DNA of 60,703 bases, the filler included, from Barthelona sp. PAP020 (Eukaryota): assembly GCA_040182905.1 (NCBI GenBank). It is 5 parts of 5 records of this genome, joined end to end, with 100 filler letters (N's around TTAATTAATTAA, not from the genome) between each part and the next. Parts side by side here need not be neighbours in the genome. Positions count along the whole stretch, not along the records: positions 36,517 to 48,577 come from JARQWU010000355.1; positions 48,678 to 60,703 come from JARQWU010000356.1; 3 more parts are not named here. One strand, given 5' to 3'. Positions 44,804-53,065 of the stretch are shown in pieces (position 1 is the first letter of the stretch; each line of letters begins with the position of its first letter). The notes beneath the pieces were generated by a model, which was not told where the DNA came from, made no database searches, and saw only the letters and a list, made by a program, of their open reading frames with translations. Made by a program: the position numbers and the translations under genes.

Positions 44804-46957
44804 TTACAAGTCTGAAGCAAGGAATTCTTGGATTGGGGTATTATTCGAAAAATTGTAACTACCGCTACACAACAAACGAGTTCCATCATGGTTGAGGGCC
44901 ATAGTATAAATATAAAAAGATACAGGTACTTTCTGCAACACTTGACCTGTTTCTCTTCGAATCACAGCAAATGATTTGTCAGAAGAACCAGAATAGATCA
45001 ATGAAACATCTTGGGAGAAGATAATAGAGTATATCCAATCATCATGAACCTTATACTTTCCCAGCAACTTTCTAGATTCAACATCAAATATCCTGATTGT
45101 ACCACCTTGATCACCTGTCCCCCAATAAGCACCATTAGGGGAGAAGTTGCCTGATGTGACATCGTTACCATCATGACTCCACGTGTGAAGCTCTTCATAC
45201 ATCTCCAATGAAAACAACTTTGAACATCCAACATCGCTGACAGAAGCAAAGTACTTCATATCGGGGCTGATACGTACAGATCGAACATAGTTTTCATGAG
45301 GTCGAAATTCATGCAACTTCTGTCCTTCGACCGTGTATATCACAATGAAACCATTATCCATACCAAAAGAAAGCAATTTGCCATCTGGTGAAAACCAAAC
45401 ACGCTTTACATTTGCCATGCCCCTAATCACTCTTACTGTTTTCCAAGTATCAACTTCAATAATATGAATTGCTGGACCATAACCACTAACACCCAAAAGT
45501 TTGGAGTCTGGACTAAAATTGAGACCAAGAGCCTTCAAATATTCCCCTTCATGCACAATTTCATGTGTTTCAGCGTTGTAGACTCTGAGTAATTTACTAT
45601 TATGTCCTACAACCGCAAAAAAGCGTCCATTAGGGCTGTAATCAAGGGCAAAAACCATTTTATCACGAAATTCCTCACTAAACTCAGGCCTTTCTCCAAA
45701 TCTTTCGACTGCACGAACAATTTGCTTTCTATTTTCAACATGTTGTTTTATATCATCGCGGTTCACAAGTTCATTCAACTGGTCAGTTAAATCAGTTGAA
45801 ACAAGTTGTTTTCCCTCATTGTTATTCATAAGTTCATTCAATTGGCTTGCCAAATAATTGATTTGATTTGTTAATTCTTGCTTTTTATTCATCCATTTCT
45901 CTTTTTCTTCTTTCAACTCACCGTTTTCATCAGTCAATTCTTGAACCCTTTCCACATATCCCTTTCTTTCCAAAAGCCAACTGTTCTTCTCCTCTTCTAA
46001 AGTCGCAACTTTCTTCACCAACCTCTTCTCGTCAAATCCCAACCCCTCAAAACGCTCAATCAACATCTGCAAATACTCAGTAATCTCACTGAACGTTGGC
46101 CTGGCATATGCCTCAACAGTCAAACACCTCTTGATGATTCCAAACCCAGGTATTGTGTCCAATAATTCCTTGCTATATGGAAGATGTCCTTTACCCAATT
46201 GAAAAATGACTTTCAACTCACTCAACCCTTCAAAAGGAACCAAACCAGATACTACTTGAGCCAACATTACACCAAAAGACCAGGCGTCAACAGCTGTTCC
46301 TATTATGTTCTCCTCTTCATTGGCCAACTCAGGAGCAGCATATCTCGCAGCACCCATCATAGAATTGGCGGAGCTCCTACCCGTATCACGAACAAGCCCA
46401 AAATCAGCAATTGCTGGAATATACGTCCCATCTACTCCATGTCTCAATAAAACATTGTTAGGCTTAAGATCTCTATGCATAACACCTTTCTCATGACAAA
46501 ACTCAAGCGCAGATGAAACCTGCATCATAATAACCAACTTCTCCTTCAAAGATAATTCTGGTATCATATCTTCAAGAACTGCATCACAATACTCCATAAC
46601 AACACCTTTCTTTCCATCAATCTCGGTAATTCCAAAGACTTGTCGAATAAATGGGTGATTTAGAACAATAGGAAAACATTCCTTGGTAAGTTCAACATCA
46701 GTAATATTTTCAATAAAGAATTTTATAACAACAAGCTTTTCATATCTCTTGCCAAGATGCAAAAAGCCAAAACCGCCCATTTTGAAATTAAATTTAACTA
46801 TTTCAAACTCACTTCCAGCTATATTGATGTCATTCGCTTTCAAAAAATTATCTAATTTTTCAAAAGCATCTTCGTCTGGTTCTTTAACAATTTTTCTACG
46901 TTTCTTTGCACGTTGTTCAAGTTCGTGTGACCCTTGGTTTTCCTCAAAGGTGAACAT
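44804..46957 (-). CDS. Protein kinase (TKL-like) - coiled coil - WD40 propeller protein
   Basis: MGGFG, VVIK, HRDLKPNNVLL, DFG, YAAPE, DAWSFG; E/K-rich coil; about 7 WD repeats; N-terminal RAKKRRK. Confidence 0.92.
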   Translation of the reverse strand: MFTFEENQGSHELEQRAKKRRKIVKEPDEDAFEKLDNFLKANDINIAGSEFEIVKFNFKMGGFGFLHLGKRYEKLVVIKFFIENITDVELTKECFPIVLNHPFIRQVFGITEIDGKKGVVMEYCDAVLEDMIPELSLKEKLVIMMQVSSALEFCHEKGVMHRDLKPNNVLLRHGVDGTYIPAIADFGLVRDTGRSSANSMMGAARYAAPELANEEENIIGTAVDAWSFGVMLAQVVSGLVPFEGLSELKVIFQLGKGHLPYSKELLDTIPGFGIIKRCLTVEAYARPTFSEITEYLQMLIERFEGLGFDEKRLVKKVATLEEEKNSWLLERKGYVERVQELTDENGELKEEKEKWMNKKQELTNQINYLASQLNELMNNNEGKQLVSTDLTDQLNELVNRDDIKQHVENRKQIVRAVERFGERPEFSEEFRDKMVFALDYSPNGRFFAVVGHNSKLLRVYNAETHEIVHEGEYLKALGLNFSPDSKLLGVSGYGPAIHIIEVDTWKTVRVIRGMANVKRVWFSPDGKLLSFGMDNGFIVIYTVEGQKLHEFRPHENYVRSVRISPDMKYFASVSDVGCSKLFSLEMYEELHTWSHDGNDVTSGNFSPNGAYWGTGDQGGTIRIFDVESRKLLGKYKVHDDWIYSIIFSQDVSLIYSGSSDKSFAVIRRETGQVLQKVPVSFYIYTMALNHDGTRLLCSGSYNFSNNTPIQEFLASDL

Positions 46958-47803
46958 GGAAAAAAAAAATTCAACTTGTGAAGTGCAGGGGTTTTTTTCT
47001 TGCAGAAGACCAACTTTTCAACTCCCGAAGGAATTAACCTTTGTTTGATTCGGATTAGTGATCAAATCTAATTTGATGGAAAAATTTAAAATCGAAACTT
47101 CTTTATTCTGAAGCCACGCAGCCACACTCTTGCAGTACCCTAAAGAAGTGGTGCTGAGACATCGTTGCTCCCAGTCATTCGCTGAATAAGAAGCCAGGCA
47201 GTCAAATTTCTTGGTAACTGCCGTTCTCTTTTTTTTTTAATTTTGAGAGCCGTGGAGGTTCCCTTACATCTAGTCGTTTCTTTCATGGTTTGATTATTTT
47301 CTCCCAAACCATAGAGTTGTAAAGTTCATGTTTTATTATTACAAGAAAAAAATGATGATGAAATGTTGAAATGAATTTTTTCAACTTCTATTTTAGCTTT
47401 CAATTAGATTTCAATTTATTATCCAATTCAAAAAATAGTGTGATATTTTGTTCCATATTTGTTATTTATCTTGAAAGGATTCTTTTTAAAAGAAATTTGA
47501 TTTTTGATTTCCAAACGTGGTTTTAAAACCGTGGAACTTATAAATATTAACATCATTCAAAATATGTTTTCAGAAAGTTTTTTGTTGATATTATTTCCAA
47601 GCCAAGAAGCACTGTGCGCCCAAGTTAATAAAAAAAATGGTGTTTATTTGGTTAAAGGCTTTCGAGGCCTGATTGATCTTTTGAAAACCTTTAGATTTTC
47701 GAAGGATGTTCAAATTTAAAATTTTGCTTTTACAAAAATATTAAAAAATAGGAATGAAGAATTTCTCCGAAATTCTCCTACTTGATCGTTCAAATTACAT
47801 TTC

Positions 47804-47909
47804 AGTCCCTCAATTCCCCCTGGGATTTTGACTGAAATTTGCCAGAATGAGTTTTCTGAGTTTACTTTCTTTGTAAATAAATATTGTTGTTTCACAACTG
47901 GACCAATTT
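47804..47909 (+). repeat. Dispersed ~105-bp non-coding repeat, copy 2
   Basis: AGTCCCTCAATTC...TTTTGACTGAAATTTGC...TGTTGTTTCACAACTGGACCAATTT. Confidence 0.8.
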
Positions 47910-48311
47910 ATTGGGGATATAAAGAGGTCATCAAATATCACTTCCTTTATTTGTTGTTTCTTGACCATCTTTAGGTCCAATTTTTTAAGTTACTTGGGCA
48001 TCTGAATCCACGTAAATTTTCCCCAAACCTTAGGCTAACTCGTTTCGTTATTCATTGAACAACTCATACTTCATAAATATCTAATAAAATTCCACTATTA
48101 TTTATTTATTTATTTTTTTTAGTTTAAAAATAAAAATAGTAAAATTTTTATTTTATTTGTTTATGTAAAATATATAGTTATTTTATAATTATAGTTATAT
48201 TATTATTATTTTTTTAGATATATATAGTTCTCTTTTAAAAATTAAATTTAAGTTTTTGATTTATTTTAAAGAGAATTTTCACATCGTCATCTATTCTAAA
48301 TAAATTTTTAG

Positions 48312-48384
48312 GATCTTGTAGCTCAGTTGGGAGAGTGCCTGCCTAACACGCAGGTGGTCCCGGGATCGAAACCCGGCAAGATCA
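48312..48384 (+). tRNA. tRNA-Val, anticodon AAC
   Basis: Acceptor GATCTTG/CAAGATC+A, D arm GCTC/GAGT, anticodon arm CCTGC-CTAACAC-GCAGG, T arm CCGGG-ATCGAAA-CCCGG. Confidence 0.93.
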
Positions 48385-48577
48385 TTTATGAAAAGGGTCC
48401 AAAAGGAACGAGGATCGAGTCTGTAAAATTCACTCCACAAAATTCACGTTGGACGAAAGGGCAAAATTAAAGGCTTTAATTTCACTCGACAAAATAATAA
48501 ACATTTGATAAAAGCTTTTACTGTTCAAGGTTAGAGTTTGGGTTACTTGTCACTGGTCTGTTGTGCGTAGATTGGTT

Positions 48578-48677
48578 NNNNNNNNNNNNNNNNNNNNNNN
48601 NNNNNNNNNNNNNNNNNNNNNTTAATTAATTAANNNNNNNNNNNNNNNNNNNNNNNNNNNNNNNNNNNNNNNNNNNN
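48578..48677. other. Artificial 100-bp contig spacer
   Basis: N run with central TTAATTAATTAA. Confidence 0.97.
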
Positions 48678-48679
48678 AA

Positions 48680-49831
48680 AATGGTCATGTTGATGTGGCC
48701 AAAATGCTCTTGGATCATGGCGCTGATGTTAATTTGTGTGACAATGATGGATTTTCTCCATTGCACATCAGTTGTCAAAATGGTCATCTTGATGTTACTA
48801 AAATGCTGTTAGATCATGATGCTGATGTTAGTTTGTGCGACAATGATGGATTTTCTTCATTGCACATTGGTTGTCAAAATGGTTATCTTGATATTACCAA
48901 AATGCTATTGGATCATGGGGCTGATGTTAATTTGTGTAAGAATGGTGGATTTTCTCCATTGTTTGTTAGTTGTCAATATGATCATCTTGATGTAACCAAA
49001 ATGCTCTTAGATTATGGTGCTGATGTTAATTCGTGTGATAAGTATGGCTGGTCATCATTGTACATCAGTTGTCAAAAAGGTCATCTTGATATTGCTAAAA
49101 TGTTCTTGGATCATGGCGCCAATATTGATTTGTGTGAGAATAAAGGTATTTCTTCATTGTTCATCAGTTGTCAAAAAGGTCGTCTTGATGTAGTCAAAAT
49201 GCTTTTGGATCATGGGGCTGATGTTAATTTGTGTAAGAAAAATGATACCTCTCCATTGTTTGTTTGTTGTCAAAATGGTCATCTTGATGCAGCCAAAATG
49301 CTCTTGGATCATGGAGCAGATGTTAATTTATTTAGGAATGATGGGTGTTCTCCATTCGATATGAGTTGTTACCAAGGTCATATTAACATTGCCAAAATGC
49401 TTCTGGATTGTCCTAAAATAAACATAGATTGTGTTGATATGCTGTTATTTTTCAATAAATTGCATGCAAGTGATGAGGAATGGAAAATAATGTGGTACCC
49501 AGTTTTGAGTTGTCCCAACTTGAAGAAACAATTGAAAACTGGTGAACCTGTTGATTTGAAATTTGAACATTTTTCTAAATCTGAGTTAATTGAATTGGTG
49601 AAGAATGAGGGTTATCTTATATCAACACTTGTTACAATGAAAGTAAACAGTGGCATCATTCGAGAATTTGTGAGTGCTGGAATCTACATGAATCAAAGAG
49701 ATTTTGATATGTCAATCAACTGTTGTTGGGATTTGGTTGACATTAATGAAAGAAATGGTGGCAATATGCGTCAATATATTGATGAATTGATGGAAGATGA
49801 TGAAAGTGAAGAGAGGTATGCTGATGATTAG
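48680..49831 (+). CDS. Ankyrin-repeat protein with shared C-terminal module, 5'-truncated; paralogue of 42019..43509
   Basis: Frame open from contig edge (NGHVDVAKMLL...); 7 further repeats; tail IREFVSAGIYMNQRDFDMSINCCWDLVDINERNGGNM. Confidence 0.92.
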   Translation, partial: NGHVDVAKMLLDHGADVNLCDNDGFSPLHISCQNGHLDVTKMLLDHDADVSLCDNDGFSSLHIGCQNGYLDITKMLLDHGADVNLCKNGGFSPLFVSCQYDHLDVTKMLLDYGADVNSCDKYGWSSLYISCQKGHLDIAKMFLDHGANIDLCENKGISSLFISCQKGRLDVVKMLLDHGADVNLCKKNDTSPLFVCCQNGHLDAAKMLLDHGADVNLFRNDGCSPFDMSCYQGHINIAKMLLDCPKINIDCVDMLLFFNKLHASDEEWKIMWYPVLSCPNLKKQLKTGEPVDLKFEHFSKSELIELVKNEGYLISTLVTMKVNSGIIREFVSAGIYMNQRDFDMSINCCWDLVDINERNGGNMRQYIDELMEDDESEERYADD

Positions 49832-49974
49832 TAAGGTCTGTTTTTGTGGTTCCATGTTTATCCAATGCACGTTTTGTGAATAATTCTTCTTCTTTCCTTA
49901 CATATTATAATTTGGTTGTTTTTTGATATAATCCTTGGAAAAGGTTGTCAACTGATTGAAAAAAGGAAGACAAG

Positions 49975-50060
49975 TTTTGACTGAAATTTGCTCAAAAGAG
50001 TTCTCTGAGTCCAATTTCTTCGTTCATAACAACAGTTATTTCATAATAGGATCACTTATT
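49975..50060 (+). repeat. Dispersed non-coding repeat, copy 3 (partial, more diverged)
   Basis: TTTTGACTGAAATTTGCTCAAAAGAGTTCTCTGAGT matches copy 2 at 31/36 nt and continues colinearly. Confidence 0.7.
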
Positions 50061-50611
50061 TGGTTGATTACATTCTTTATTCAAACAAGTCATGAACTTT
50101 GAATTTTCTCAAAAAAAGAGTTCAAATTTGAAGATTTTTTCTTGCAAAAATCAAAAAAAAATGTGGAACTCAAAAAAAAGTGGGAATTTTTGGTTGATAC
50201 AATGTCTTTTTCAATCAACTACAAGAGAAAGTTTCCTTATTTCTCTTTTGGTAAGATGTCAATAATCCAGGAAAAAATCAGTTCAAGATCTTTATTTTTG
50301 AATGATGGATTCCAAAAGTTGGCCAAAAATTGCCTGTTCAACTGTAGAGATATGACTTTTCTCAACAAAGCCTGCATATAAGGATTTCTACCTAGAATTT
50401 GCTCATATGAGTTATTTTTGATTTTGGTTGACATGCACTCTTTATATAAGTACATTTTCTGGTGTAAAAAAACATTGTGGTGAAAAAGTTGCATGAGCAT
50501 GAATCAAATGAAAACAATAAAAGTCTTTTGAATTTACAAATCAGCTGAACAAGTACAGATACAGAAATCATAAAATTGTGAAATATGAAAACATTCCAGA
50601 CTGACGGGATT

Positions 50612-52675
50612 TTACAAATCACATATTGTGAACTCTCTAATTGGTGCGTTTTCTTTACGACCAATAAAACCACTGCACAAAAAACGAGTTTCACAATGAT
50701 TTAAAGCCATACAACGAATTCCAAAATTCACTTGTATTTTCTGTACCACTTGACCCGTTTCTCTTAGACTTACAGCAAATGACTTATCCTCAGAACAAGA
50801 ATAGATTAATGAACTATCTTGAGAGAACATTGTAAACCATATCCAACTGTCATGAACATTATATTTTCCCAATAATTCTCCAGATTCAACATCAAATATC
50901 CTAATAATGCCACCCTGATCACCTGTTACCCAATAAAGACCATCAGGTGAGAAGTTACCTGATATAACACCTTTTCCATCATGACTCCAAATGTGAAGCT
51001 CTTCATATGACTCCAATGAAAACAACTTTGAATATCCGTCAACACCAACAAAAGCAAAATACTTCATATCAGGGCTAATATGTGTTGAGTAAACATAATC
51101 TCGTTGTTGTTTAGATTCAAACAACTTCTCTCCTTCGATAGAATATATGCCAACGTAACCATGGCTCATACCAAAGGAAAGCAATTTGCTATTTGGTGAA
51201 AACCACAGCCGTTTTACGTTACCAACCATGCCTTTAATCACTCTAATTACTTTCCAAGTATCAACCTCAATGATATGAATTGCTGGACCATTTCCACCAA
51301 CTGCCAATAGTTTGGAATCTGGACTGAAATTAAGACCAAAAGCTCCAACGTACTTGCCTTCATGTACAATTTCATGCGTTTCGGTGTTAAACACTCGAAG
51401 TAACTTCTTATTATATCCTGCAATGGCAAAAAACCGTCCATTACAGCTGTAATCAATGGCAGAAACCAGTGTATCAGGAAACTTTTGACAAAACACAGGA
51501 TTTTCTTCAAACACTTCACGTAAACAAACCATTTGCTTTGTATTTTCAACAGGGAGTTGTCTATCAGTGCTTTTCTTAAATTCATTCAATTGTTTCGTCA
51601 AATTGTCAACATGATTTGTTAATTTTTGTTTTTCACGTAACCAGATATCCTCATCAACTTTCATTTGTTTTGTTAACTTCTCAACCCTCTCTTGATATGT
51701 CTTGATCTCTTCTTTCAATACACTATTCTGCTTCACTAACCTCTTTTCGTCAAATCCCAGACCCTCAAAGCGCTCTATCAGCATCTGTAAATACTCAGTA
51801 ATCTCGCTAAATATTGGCCTTTCAAGAGGATCAACACTCAAACACTTTTTGATAATTCCAAATCCAGGTATTGTATCCAACAAATCGTTGTTATACGGAA
51901 GTTCTCCCTTTATCAATTTGACGATGACTTTTAACTCACTCAACCCTTCAAAAGGAACAAACCCAGATATAACTTCAGTCAACATAACACCAAATGACCA
52001 GGAATCAACAGCTATACCAATAATATTCTCCTCTTCATTGGCTAATTCAGGAGCAGCATATCTCGCATCACCCATCATCGAATTGGCTGAACTTCTGCTT
52101 GTGTCACGAACAAGACCAAAATCAGAAATTGCGGGTGTGTATAAACCATCAGATTCACGTCTTAATAAGACATTGTTTGGTTTCAAATCCCTATGCACAA
52201 CACCTTTTCCGTGACAAAATTCAAGGGCAGACGAAACTTGCATCATAATTACCAACTTCTCCTTCAAAGATAATTCTGATATCATTTCTTGAAGATCAGC
52301 ATCACAATACTCCATTACAACCCCTTTTTTCCCATCAATATCGGTCACTCCAAAGACTTGTCGAACAAATGGGTGATGTAAAACCATGGGAAAACACTCT
52401 CTTGTGAGTTCACCATCATCAGTCTTATGAATATGAACTTTAATAACAACATGTTTTCCTTGTCTTTTAGCGCGGTGTAAGAGCCCGAATCCACCTATTT
52501 TAAAGTTATATTCTACTATTTCAAATTCATCTCCAGGAATCTTAACATCGTTAGATTTGATAAATGCTTCTAATTTTCCAAAAAAGTCTTCATCTGTTTG
52601 TTCAATATTCTTTCTACTTTTCTTCGAATGTTGTTGTAATTCTTTTGAACCTTTGATTTCTTGAAATCTGAACAT
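50612..52675 (-). CDS. Protein kinase - coiled coil - WD40 protein; paralogue of 44804..46957
   Basis: IGGFG, VVIK, HRDLKPNNVLL, DFG, YAAPE, DSWSFG; same architecture and long near-identical blocks. Confidence 0.92.
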   Translation of the reverse strand: MFRFQEIKGSKELQQHSKKSRKNIEQTDEDFFGKLEAFIKSNDVKIPGDEFEIVEYNFKIGGFGLLHRAKRQGKHVVIKVHIHKTDDGELTRECFPMVLHHPFVRQVFGVTDIDGKKGVVMEYCDADLQEMISELSLKEKLVIMMQVSSALEFCHGKGVVHRDLKPNNVLLRRESDGLYTPAISDFGLVRDTSRSSANSMMGDARYAAPELANEEENIIGIAVDSWSFGVMLTEVISGFVPFEGLSELKVIVKLIKGELPYNNDLLDTIPGFGIIKKCLSVDPLERPIFSEITEYLQMLIERFEGLGFDEKRLVKQNSVLKEEIKTYQERVEKLTKQMKVDEDIWLREKQKLTNHVDNLTKQLNEFKKSTDRQLPVENTKQMVCLREVFEENPVFCQKFPDTLVSAIDYSCNGRFFAIAGYNKKLLRVFNTETHEIVHEGKYVGAFGLNFSPDSKLLAVGGNGPAIHIIEVDTWKVIRVIKGMVGNVKRLWFSPNSKLLSFGMSHGYVGIYSIEGEKLFESKQQRDYVYSTHISPDMKYFAFVGVDGYSKLFSLESYEELHIWSHDGKGVISGNFSPDGLYWVTGDQGGIIRIFDVESGELLGKYNVHDSWIWFTMFSQDSSLIYSCSEDKSFAVSLRETGQVVQKIQVNFGIRCMALNHCETRFLCSGFIGRKENAPIREFTICDL

Positions 52676-53065
52676 GAGTGAATATTAAAATTATGATAAA
52701 ATAAATTTACTTTCTTTTCAAATTTTTGAAATAATTGATTGGATTGGATTTAAATTAGTAAATAAACAAGAATAAGAATATTGTTTACTCATGAAGTTTT
52801 GAAAGAAAAGTTGAAGAAAGATATTTTCGAAAAAATGCCAGTGAATTTGTTGAAAAAAAAAATCTCCAATCCATTCCAACCATTACAAATCAACATAGTT
52901 CCTGGCCAAAAAAAGACGAAATGTAGAACAAACAATCTCTGCAGGAATCTTTTTGATATGAAAATCAGCGAAATTTCTTAACAATGCCAACTGTGTTTTG
53001 AGGGTTTGGATTCAAAAAAATACATCAAAAAGAAAAAAAAAGGGCAACAATAATGACTGAATTTT

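Noticed and set aside
42430..49420. CRISPR-like array in the regularly spaced repeats
   Set aside because: The 99-bp period is in-frame ankyrin coding sequence; no cas genes and the context is eukaryotic.
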